A stretch of 24,655 bases of DNA from Candidatus Rifleibacteriota bacterium (GTDB lineage: Bacteria; Muiribacteriota; Ozemobacteria; Ozemobacterales; Ozemobacteraceae), in NCBI GenBank assembly GCA_051747585.1, contig JBNJGH010000023.1:1-24655 (forward strand). Direction: 5' to 3'. Below the pieces are notes generated by a model that did no database searches, was not told the DNA's origin, and saw nothing but the letters and a program-made list of their open reading frames with translations. Below are positions 1 to 7,338 of this stretch, piece by piece; position 1 is the first letter of the stretch, and each line of letters starts with the position of its first letter. A program made the position numbers and the translations under genes.

Positions 1-39
1 CGTCGATTCCAATTTTTTTTGTTTTCAATTGTTGCAGAT

Positions 40-98
40 GTAGGGGCGCAATGTAAGGGCGAAAAATTTTGCGCCCCTACTTCGCCCTTACATTGCGC
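40..98. repeat. GTAG-type REP-like palindrome cluster with interleaved stems, downstream of the hem operon
   Basis: GTAGGGGCGCAA (40-51) is the exact reverse complement of 69-80; GCGCAATGTAAGGGCGAA (46-63) is the exact reverse complement of 81-98; the core 53-80 GTAAGGGCGAAAAATTTTGCGCCCCTAC has the GTAG-REP layout. Confidence 0.8.
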
Positions 99-104
99 GC
101 TTAC

Positions 105-1610
105 TTACGTGGATGAACAATGTTGCAGCATTGCAGTTGCCAGACCGGGGATTGTGTATTCTTCAGCCCGGCATTTAATTGTAAAGCCCAGTTCTTTTGC
201 CGTTTCTTCGGTTATAGGGCCGATAACGGCAGCCGGGACCAACGAGAAGTTTGAAACATGATTTTTAAGGTTTTCGTAGAAACCTCTTGCGGTTGATGAA
301 CTGGTGAAGGTTACCAGATCTATCTGCTGGTTTTGCAGCATCTCAGCTACCCCGGCTGTATCTGGATTATCGTACTCGGTGTGGTAAACGGGAATGACAT
401 CTACTGCGAAGCCTGCTTCTCTTAGAGCTTCAGGAAGAGTTTCTCTGGCTTTCTGCGCTCTTAAGAAAACCACTTTTCCTTTGGGCTGGTTTTCAAAAAA
501 GGGTAGTAAGGCTTCAGCTACGTAAGTTTCAGGAACAAAATCCGGCACAATTCCCTTATCCTGAAAAGCTTTGGCCGTAGCCGGGCCGATGCAGACGATT
601 TTTTTTCCATGAAGCGCTCTGAGGTCTTTGCCGGCAGCGAGCAAGCTTTCAATAAAGCCGTTAACGCCGTTTACAGAAGTAAAAACAAGATAGTTTGCAT
701 TCATCAAGTCTATAAAAGCTTTGATTTCTTCGCTCAAGCCATGTTGGACAATGCGAATTGTAGGAAATTCGATGGCTTCGGCACCAAGGTTCTGTAGCTC
801 TTTAAGCAGGCTGCTTGCCTGATGCCGCGATCTGGTGACTACAATTTTTTTGCCAAAGAGCGGGCGTTTTTCAAACCATTCAAGCTCGGATTTAAGTTGC
901 GCGACTTCTCCGACAATGGTTATGGCAGGGGCTTTAATATTGTTCTGGCGAGCAATTTCAACAATTGAATTCAGAGTTCCGGTTACAGTTCTTTGAATTG
1001 GCTGGGTGCCGTTTTGAATCATTGCTACCGGGGTCTGACCAGATCTGCCATTTTTTATAAGATTTTTAACAATTTCAGGAAGTTTTTTTACACCCATGAG
1101 AAATACCAGGGTGCCGATTCGAGAAACCGCCTGCCAGTCGATAGCCGAGTTTTCTTTGTCGGCTTCATGTCCGGTAATAACAGCGAAAGTCGAGGTGAAG
1201 TCGCGATGGGTAACCGGAATGCCTGCATAGGCAGGAGCAGAGATTGCGGAAGTGATTCCGGGAACCACTTCAAATTCAACGCCTGCTTTTTTGAGTTCCT
1301 GAAGCTCTTCGCCTCCGCGGCCAAAAACAAAAGGATCACCGCCTTTAAGCCTTACCACCGTATTTCCTTTTTGTGCTTGTTCTATTAATATCCGGTTGAT
1401 TTCATGCTGCGGAACCTTATGGTGGCCGGCGTATTTTCCGACATCTATAAGCTTGCAAGCGCTCTTTTTTTCTTTTATGAAGGGAGCGGTGCCAAGCTGG
1501 TCATATACAAGCACATCTGCCTGTTTGATCAGTTCGAATCCCTTGAGCGTCATCAACCCCGGGTCGCCGGGGCCGGCACCGATTAAGAAAACTTTTCCTT
1601 TATTATTCAT
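105..1610 (-). CDS. cobA/hemD: Uroporphyrinogen-III C-methyltransferase / uroporphyrinogen-III synthase fusion (CobA-HemD)
   Basis: N-terminal GAGPGDPGLMTLKG, RLKGGDPFVFGRGGEE, VVPGITSA (SUMT); C-terminal PLFGKKIVVTR, FTSVNGV, CIGPATA, FTSSST (HemD). Confidence 0.96.
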   Translation of the reverse strand: MNNKGKVFLIGAGPGDPGLMTLKGFELIKQADVLVYDQLGTAPFIKEKKSACKLIDVGKYAGHHKVPQHEINRILIEQAQKGNTVVRLKGGDPFVFGRGGEELQELKKAGVEFEVVPGITSAISAPAYAGIPVTHRDFTSTFAVITGHEADKENSAIDWQAVSRIGTLVFLMGVKKLPEIVKNLIKNGRSGQTPVAMIQNGTQPIQRTVTGTLNSIVEIARQNNIKAPAITIVGEVAQLKSELEWFEKRPLFGKKIVVTRSRHQASSLLKELQNLGAEAIEFPTIRIVQHGLSEEIKAFIDLMNANYLVFTSVNGVNGFIESLLAAGKDLRALHGKKIVCIGPATAKAFQDKGIVPDFVPETYVAEALLPFFENQPKGKVVFLRAQKARETLPEALREAGFAVDVIPVYHTEYDNPDTAGVAEMLQNQQIDLVTFTSSSTARGFYENLKNHVSNFSLVPAAVIGPITEETAKELGFTIKCRAEEYTIPGLATAMLQHCSST

Positions 1611-2539
1611 GATTTTTCAGTCTCTCCGGATTTGTTAAGCAGCTTGAGTCCGCCGGCTGCAATAATTGCATCAGCAGCTTTTATGCCAAGTTCTTCGGGT
1701 TCATTCAAGGGGCCACTGTCAGTTCGAAAAATTGTTTTTGAACCATCCGGGCTGCCAATAAAAGAAGTAGCCACTATTTGATTTTCTTCGATTTTGGCGT
1801 GTATGGCCATTGGAGTTTGGCAGCCGCCCTGGATTTTTTTCAAAAAAGCTCTTTCGCAAATTGCTCTGAGCGTGCTTTTTTTGCAGGAAAACTCTTTGAA
1901 TAAAGGCTTGTATTGTTCGAGATCAGCCTGGCGGCATTGAACTGCGATAATTCCCTGTCCGGCAGGCGGAACAATTGTATCAGTTTCAAAATACTGGGTA
2001 ACTTTGTCTTGCTGGTTATATCTTGCCAGACCTGCAGCAGCAAGAATAACCGCATCAACCTGTCCTTCTTCGAGCTTGCGCAATCTGGTATCGAGATTCC
2101 CTCTATAATCAGAGAATTTTAGATCAGGTCTTAATTTGGCAAGCAGAGATCGTCGTCTTAGACTTGATGTTCCGACCAATGAGCCCGAAGGAAGCTTCTG
2201 CAGTGAATCATATTTAAAAGATAATAAACAATCACGGGGGTCCCGGGGCAGACCAAAGGCGGCCAGCTCCAGCCCTTCACTCATTTCGTGCGGCACGTCT
2301 TTGAGACTGTGAACCGCCAGGTCTATTTCGTTTTCGAGAAGGGCGTTTTCGATTGCTTTAATAAACAATCCTTGCCCACCAACTTTAAATAGCGGAAGAT
2401 CCTGGACTTTATCACCAAGTGTTTTAATTATGACTTCTTCGACTTCGAGGTCTGGTTTTGCTTTTTTTATGAGTTCAATTGTTTGTCTCGTCTGATGAAG
2501 GGCAAGTTTGCTGCCGCGGGTTCCTACTCGTAATTTCAT
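1607..2539 (-). CDS. hemC: Hydroxymethylbilane synthase (porphobilinogen deaminase)
   Basis: GTRGSKLAL, AVHSLKDVP, GTSSLRR, RGNLDTRL, cofactor Cys in GGCQTP; 4-bp overlap with cobA/hemD. Confidence 0.97.
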   Translation of the reverse strand: MKLRVGTRGSKLALHQTRQTIELIKKAKPDLEVEEVIIKTLGDKVQDLPLFKVGGQGLFIKAIENALLENEIDLAVHSLKDVPHEMSEGLELAAFGLPRDPRDCLLSFKYDSLQKLPSGSLVGTSSLRRRSLLAKLRPDLKFSDYRGNLDTRLRKLEEGQVDAVILAAAGLARYNQQDKVTQYFETDTIVPPAGQGIIAVQCRQADLEQYKPLFKEFSCKKSTLRAICERAFLKKIQGGCQTPMAIHAKIEENQIVATSFIGSPDGSKTIFRTDSGPLNEPEELGIKAADAIIAAGGLKLLNKSGETEKS

Positions 2540-3831
2540 GCGCTTTCCTTTTTTATGTCGGGTAAACTTCTTACAGGTGAGTTTGGAATACAGGTCTCGG
2601 GAAGACCTAGAACTTCAGTAATAAGTTTGAGTTGTTCTATATCTGCCGAGCCCTGCTTTTTAAGGCCTACGATCTGCTGGTGTAGCCACTTGTTCATAAG
2701 GTTTATTGTGTGTTGCTCAAGAATCTTGAGTTGTTCGGAAGTAAATTGCGGATTTTGTTTAACCATGCGATCAAATTCATCTGATCTTTGAATCTCGGCC
2801 TTTTCTCTGAGGGCCTTGATTATTGGAACTACCGTAAAAGCCTGAAGCTCAGTTTTAAATGATGAGGCTTCGTATTTAATTATAGCTTCTGCTTTTTCTG
2901 CTTCGATTTTCCTTTGCGAAAGATTTTCATCGACTACATTTTGCAGGTCATCTATGTCGTATAAATATAAATTTGTCAGGTTTTCGCAATCAGGCTCAAC
3001 ATCTCGTGGAACAGCAATATCGATTATAAACATAGGTCGGCCGGCTCGCTGAGGCATTACTTTTTCCATGAGATCTTTCTTAATAACGGTGTGTGGTGCT
3101 GCCGTAGATGAAATAACAATATCGGAAACGCTTATCTGGCTTTCAAGCTCGCTGAATGCCGCCGCTTTACCGGAAAATTTGTCGGCCAGTTTTTGAGCGG
3201 TTTCAAGAGTGCGGTTTACAAAAACGAGTTCTTTGACATTGTTCTCTATGAGGTGGACTGCAACAAGATTTGCCATTTCGCCCGCTCCGATAATCAGAGC
3301 TGTAGATTTTTTTAATTCGCCGAAAATACTGCCGGCAAGCTCGACGGCAGTTGATGCAATAGAAAGGCGGTTTTCGCTTATGCCGGTTTCGGTGCGGACT
3401 TTTTTGCCGACTTCCAGAGCTTTTTGAAACAAGCTGTGCATATGTTTGCCGGTATAGCTGCATTCACATGAGTATGTATAAGATTCTTTTATTTGGTGAA
3501 GAATTTGATTTTCGCCCAGAATCATCGAATCGAGCCCGGAGGCAACAGAAAAAAGATGTCTGATGACGCATTCGTCGTAAAGCTCGTAAAGATGCTCAGC
3601 AAGATGGTTTAAGCTAAGGTCTGCATTGCTCAGGTAATTTTTGAGGCATTCTTTGGCCTGAACTGGTGAGCCTGAAAAATAAAATTCTGCTCTATTGCAG
3701 GTAAAAACTGGAACGGCTTCGAGGTTTGCGCCGTCAACTTTTTCGAGCTTTGTGCCACAAAGTCTGGCGATTTTTTCTCGCACCGTAATGGGTGCGGTTT
3801 TATGATTCAGCCCGAATAAGATTAAAGGCAT
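2536..3831 (-). CDS. hemA: Glutamyl-tRNA reductase
   Basis: GLNHKTAP, catalytic TCNR, ASGLDSMILGENQI, NADPH-binding GAGEMA, DIAVPRDVE. Confidence 0.97.
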   Translation of the reverse strand: MPLILFGLNHKTAPITVREKIARLCGTKLEKVDGANLEAVPVFTCNRAEFYFSGSPVQAKECLKNYLSNADLSLNHLAEHLYELYDECVIRHLFSVASGLDSMILGENQILHQIKESYTYSCECSYTGKHMHSLFQKALEVGKKVRTETGISENRLSIASTAVELAGSIFGELKKSTALIIGAGEMANLVAVHLIENNVKELVFVNRTLETAQKLADKFSGKAAAFSELESQISVSDIVISSTAAPHTVIKKDLMEKVMPQRAGRPMFIIDIAVPRDVEPDCENLTNLYLYDIDDLQNVVDENLSQRKIEAEKAEAIIKYEASSFKTELQAFTVVPIIKALREKAEIQRSDEFDRMVKQNPQFTSEQLKILEQHTINLMNKWLHQQIVGLKKQGSADIEQLKLITEVLGLPETCIPNSPVRSLPDIKKESA

Positions 3832-4433
3832 GATTCCAGCTCCTTTTTCAACTTTTCCGGGCCTATCTCTTTGATACGTTGCAGTGTTTTCTGACTAAGG
3901 CAGTCGGCGTAAAAATCTTTACGTTCTTCTTCAAGTGGAAATCGTGCTTTTATATCTGGTCGCAGTGAAGAAAGGATGTTGTTTAGCTGAACAAGCTCTT
4001 CGCCAACCAGCTTCTCTATTTTGTGTCGCAAAAATTTTGAGGTTTCGGGAACGCCGCCGGAAAAAATGGAAATCGTTATCGAATCAAAATCTAAATCTGT
4101 GCAGGTGAAAAAATCGCTTTGGCTAAAATCGTCGCAGCGGCTATATAAAATATTCTTACTTTTACATCTGTGAGCAAGGCTATCGTTTAATGCTTTGTTA
4201 TCGGTTGCAATCAATATCATTTGAAACTCAGTCTTGATATCTTGTTCGTTAGCCGGCCGCTGATAAGTCTTTTCGGCGATGGTTATAAGGTCTTGAATTA
4301 TCCGGGGGGCAATTACTGTTATTTGAGCACCGGCTTGTTTGAATTTGCGTGCTTTTCTGAGCGCTATTCTACCACCGCCTATAATAAGAATCTGTTTGCC
4401 CTCGAGGTTAAAAAATAATGGCAGTGGTTTCAT
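3822..4433 (-). CDS. sirC: Precorrin-2 dehydrogenase / sirohydrochlorin ferrochelatase (SirC/Met8p/CysG N-terminal type)
   Basis: PLFFNLEGK, Rossmann GGGRIALRK, IATDNK, DFF motifs; position directly before hemA. Confidence 0.88.
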   Translation of the reverse strand: MKPLPLFFNLEGKQILIIGGGRIALRKARKFKQAGAQITVIAPRIIQDLITIAEKTYQRPANEQDIKTEFQMILIATDNKALNDSLAHRCKSKNILYSRCDDFSQSDFFTCTDLDFDSITISIFSGGVPETSKFLRHKIEKLVGEELVQLNNILSSLRPDIKARFPLEEERKDFYADCLSQKTLQRIKEIGPEKLKKELESCL

Positions 4434-5260
4434 TTTGAAACTCCTGTCTGATTGATGGTCGGAATCGAGACGGGTTTCCAGTGCAGGCTGTTATCAGGAA
4501 TTAAAATCAGACCAATTGAGAGTATGAAACCAATCAAAGCAGCATTTGCAAGTCGTGGTCCGGTAAGTTTTAGTTTGTATTTGAACAGGCACAAAATCAG
4601 ATAATAAATTAGAACAATTATTGAATAATAATGTTTGAAAGCAGGTTTAAATGCATAGAAGTGCTCATAATTGCCGTATAATCCGAGTAACAGTCCGAGG
4701 GCGAAAGTTATGGTTCCGGCAACGATAAGTCGGTAGGTAAGGTTATCCAGGCGGCTAAGTGGCGGAAAAAGAAAAACGGCTTTAAGGCGGTTTTTCTTTT
4801 TAAGTCTACGTACTACAAAAAGATATGAAGCCGAAGATATGGCAGCGATCAAAAAGAAGCATTCACCCGCGATAGAGCTTATGAGGTGGGCAATGAACCA
4901 GGTTTGAGAAAATTGTGCGCCTTCGATTGAACCTGAAACCAATAATGACAAAACAAGAATGGTAATGCAGACCGGTAGCGAGAATATGCTCAGATAATTT
5001 TCTTTGAGCCCCAGCTCAACAAAAAGGGTACATGCTGCCAGAGTCAGGGAAGCTGCTTCAAGCAGGCTGGCGGTTTCCAGTTGGGAGTTCCCATTTTCTG
5101 AGGAAACAGTTAGATAGAATAGTATTACATTTAAAATCAAGCCAATGATGAAAGAAATTTTTGAATGATTTTTCATGCGACTGCCGACAACTTTCTCTCT
5201 TACCCTGAAAAAAGTTGCCAGAGCGTAACAAATAATGGTAGCAGCCAGCACAATCTGCAT
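4430..5260 (-). CDS. Cytochrome c assembly family membrane protein (CcsA/HemX/YpjD-like)
   Basis: About 8 hydrophobic segments, WFIAH, PPLSRLD motif, position at the head of the hemA operon; start moved from GTG 5317 to ATG 5260 because a promoter and a repeat occupy 5271-5317. Confidence 0.82.
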   Translation of the reverse strand: MQIVLAATIICYALATFFRVREKVVGSRMKNHSKISFIIGLILNVILFYLTVSSENGNSQLETASLLEAASLTLAACTLFVELGLKENYLSIFSLPVCITILVLSLLVSGSIEGAQFSQTWFIAHLISSIAGECFFLIAAISSASYLFVVRRLKKKNRLKAVFLFPPLSRLDNLTYRLIVAGTITFALGLLLGLYGNYEHFYAFKPAFKHYYSIIVLIYYLILCLFKYKLKLTGPRLANAALIGFILSIGLILIPDNSLHWKPVSIPTINQTGVSK

Positions 5261-5270
5261 AATGTTAAAT

Positions 5271-5299
5271 ATTTTATCACAGGTTGAAAAATCGTACAA
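5271..5299 (-). promoter_or_regulatory. Putative sigma70 promoter of the hem operon
   Basis: Minus strand TTGTAC (5299-5294), 17-bp spacer, TAAAAT (5276-5271) preceded by TGn (extended -10); 10 nt before ATG 5260. Confidence 0.55.
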
Positions 5300-5359
5300 C
5301 ACGAAATTATCACACACAGTAATTATCCATTTGTTTGTAGAAACCGTTCCAAGTCATTT

Positions 5360-5476
5360 AGATTGCTTCGTCGTTCTGCTTCGCATAAAGCTACGCAGAA
5401 CTCCTCGCAATGACAATTTGTGGCTGTCATTGCGAGCGAAGCGCTTGTGCTGAGCGGAGTCGAAGCGAAGCAATCT
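5360..5476. repeat. Inverted pair of TGTCATTGCGAG...GAAGCAATCT REP-like units inside element A
   Basis: AGATTGCTTCG (5360-5370) pairs with 5466-5476; CTCGCAATGACA (5404-5415) pairs with 5425-5436. Confidence 0.85.
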
Positions 5477-5554
5477 TTGATATGCTCAAATTTAGTACAT
5501 AACAAAAAATACAAAAATGTCTTGAAACTCGCTAATATTACTAAATGGATAATT
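5466..5554 (+). repeat. 89-bp exact direct repeat, copy 1
   Basis: Base-by-base identical to 17394-17482 (CGAAGCAATCTTTGATATGC...CTAAATGGATAATT). Confidence 0.97.
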
Positions 5555-5601
5555 ACTATTATCACACAAAGGCGCAAAGTCACTAAGAAGAGTTGAGGGA
5601 T

Positions 5602-5755
5602 TCGTCATACCTGACCGGTAAAACCGGATCAGGTATCCAGAATGATCGTCGTTATTGCTAAAAAGTAAATAAAAATTGTGAGCTTGTTCAGGCTATGAAG
5701 GCAAACGGTAATTTATTGCTGCAACCCTGGATGCCTGTCTACACAGGCATGACGA
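5602..5755. repeat. Inverted doublet of CGTC-type REP palindromes
   Basis: 5602-5640 and the reverse complement of 5727-5755 both read TCGTCATRCCTG-loop-CAGGYATCCAG; 86-bp AT-rich spacer. Confidence 0.85.
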
Positions 5756-5837
5756 GTATTATTCATGCTTCGCTGTCGGTATTTGCTATCAGAATTTTCT
5801 ATCGAACAAAGAAACCAATATTCCCAAAATCTGAAAG

Positions 5838-5868
5838 CGATATCCGATATCGATTCCGACCCCGATTT
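5838..5868. repeat. Short degenerate CGAYNY tandem run (5 units)
   Basis: cgatatc cgatat cgattc cgaccc cgattt just downstream of the cytochrome stop codon. Confidence 0.55.
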
Positions 5869-5892
5869 TCGAAAAGAAATAAAAGGAATTGG

Positions 5893-7338
5893 TTATTGGT
5901 TGGGTTTGAAGTAAAATTTGTGGTCGTGAATAGTCATGGTGCCGGAGGCATTTAATGACGGCTGATGGCAAACTGTGCAGTTGTTGCCCGGGGATTGCTC
6001 GGGATGGTCAGTTTTGTCGGTATGGCAGGTCAGACAGTATTCATCAGGAGTCAAATAGTCGGAATTACTTTTTGTTTCGACATTACGAAAGTTCTGACAA
6101 TAGTCACATGTCAGCCCTTTGGCCAGTAAGAACCTGGATTTTAAAAAATCCCATTGTCTTCGGCGGTCTTCGTAGGTTTCGTCGCCATGAAAGTTTTTGG
6201 GACTTTGACCGGGTTTGGGAGTGAGCCCGGAAAAATATTTAGTCAGATCTTCGCCAGGCTTGTAGCCGGCAGGAAAATGATATTCACCCGAGTTATCGAG
6301 GCCTGATGTGTGGCATGATTCACAGATCATCTCGCGCCTCTTTTCAGAAAGCCTTTTAGGAGCAACGATATACTCTTTGGAGCCGGTTCTGATATGGTTT
6401 ATACCGGGGCCATGGCAGCTTTCGCAACCGACTCCGGGTTCTATAAATTCGTCGTTTTCTGTGCTGAAGCCTGTTGTGTGGCAACCGGCACATTGCTTGA
6501 GCCAGTAGCGATGTTTCCAGCCATAGTCTTTAACCGGAAGCCACTCTTTTTCATTTATATCCCATATTTTGGGTAAAACTACGAGGGTGCCGCTTGCTTT
6601 GGCTACAAAGCGGTTAACATAATGTGAGCCAAGCACCCAGACAATTTTTTCGCGGTTGAAGCCAAGTTCTTCGATGGGAATTTGTTCGTGGTCTTCTATT
6701 TGTTCCAGGCGCCTGGTCATTTTTGCATGGGGAGTAATTTCCCATTGCTGGTAAATGTCTGCATGGCATTTTTTGCAGGACTCAGATCCGGCATAATTTC
6801 TGTGGGAAAAAGCAGCCGAACTATGCATACTTCTGCTTAAAAAAGAATTGTCTTCAGGATGGCATTTGAGGCAGAGCTGTCCCTGGTCGTTCGGGCTGGT
6901 CAGCAGATAGGTTTTATAGCCTTGTTCGGTTTTTTGTTCGATAACCGGTGGAACCCAGGGGCTTGTAGCAACCGAGCTGATATGTGGTGAATGGCAGGTT
7001 AAACAAGACATCTGATTGTTTTCTTCGAGCGGAAGACCGGCATCTGGGTCTGCAGTTACGTCTGTTGGGTGCAATGTTTTTGCTTCCATGTCATGACAGC
7101 TTACACACCACTTTCCGGCTCCTTCTTTCAGTCTTGGATCTACTACCGTTTCAGAGGCAATTTCTGTTTGTTTATTCCGGGGAGGCATGTAATGACATTT
7201 AAAACAGCCGGTTTCCTGAGCCAGTCTTTGATGGTCGACAAAAACCTCTGCATTGCATTGATTTAATGCAGGCAGCAAAAAAGTAATGACTAACAGAATA
7301 ACTGTTTTAATGTTTGTGGGTTTCGGTATCGATTTCAT
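5893..7338 (-). CDS. Exported multiheme c-type cytochrome (paired-CXXCH N-terminal region plus cytochrome c554-like C-terminal region)
   Basis: Signal peptide; 10 CXXCH (CFKCH, CVSCH, CLTCH, CLKCH, CKKCH, CAGCH, CESCH x2, CLTCH, CTVCH) plus CDYCQ; YAGSESCKKCH...W...PHA c554-like motif; start ATG 7338 or 7350 uncertain. Confidence 0.93.
   Translation of the reverse strand: MKSIPKPTNIKTVILLVITFLLPALNQCNAEVFVDHQRLAQETGCFKCHYMPPRNKQTEIASETVVDPRLKEGAGKWCVSCHDMEAKTLHPTDVTADPDAGLPLEENNQMSCLTCHSPHISSVATSPWVPPVIEQKTEQGYKTYLLTSPNDQGQLCLKCHPEDNSFLSRSMHSSAAFSHRNYAGSESCKKCHADIYQQWEITPHAKMTRRLEQIEDHEQIPIEELGFNREKIVWVLGSHYVNRFVAKASGTLVVLPKIWDINEKEWLPVKDYGWKHRYWLKQCAGCHTTGFSTENDEFIEPGVGCESCHGPGINHIRTGSKEYIVAPKRLSEKRREMICESCHTSGLDNSGEYHFPAGYKPGEDLTKYFSGLTPKPGQSPKNFHGDETYEDRRRQWDFLKSRFLLAKGLTCDYCQNFRNVETKSNSDYLTPDEYCLTCHTDKTDHPEQSPGNNCTVCHQPSLNASGTMTIHDHKFYFKPNQ

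Larger units (their letters stand above)
5317..5558. mobile_element. MITE-like non-autonomous element A (242 bp)
   Basis: Perfect 15-bp terminal inverted repeat AGTAATTATCCATTT (5318-5332) / AAATGGATAATTACT (5543-5557); flanking 10-bp direct repeat TTATCACACA (5307-5316, 5559-5568); right arm repeated at 17394-17482; no transposase. Confidence 0.82.

Noticed and set aside
5262..5282. Possible Rex or Crp/Fnr operator ATGTTAA-ATATTTT-ATCACAG at the hem promoter
   Set aside because: Half-site spacing does not fit Rex (7 versus 4) or Crp/Fnr (9 versus 6)
5323..5583. Minus-strand ORFs 5323-5583 and 17338-17601 share the hydrophobic peptide IIHLVILASFKTFLYFLLCTKFEHIKDCF (possible type I toxin)
   Set aside because: The identity is simply the 89-bp DNA repeat; no shared start, stop or Shine-Dalgarno, and the second ORF overlaps a real gene
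5695..5971. ORFs 5695-5955 (+) and 5789-5971 (-)
   Set aside because: They run through REP and hexamer repeats and overlap the cytochrome 3' end; no protein-like features
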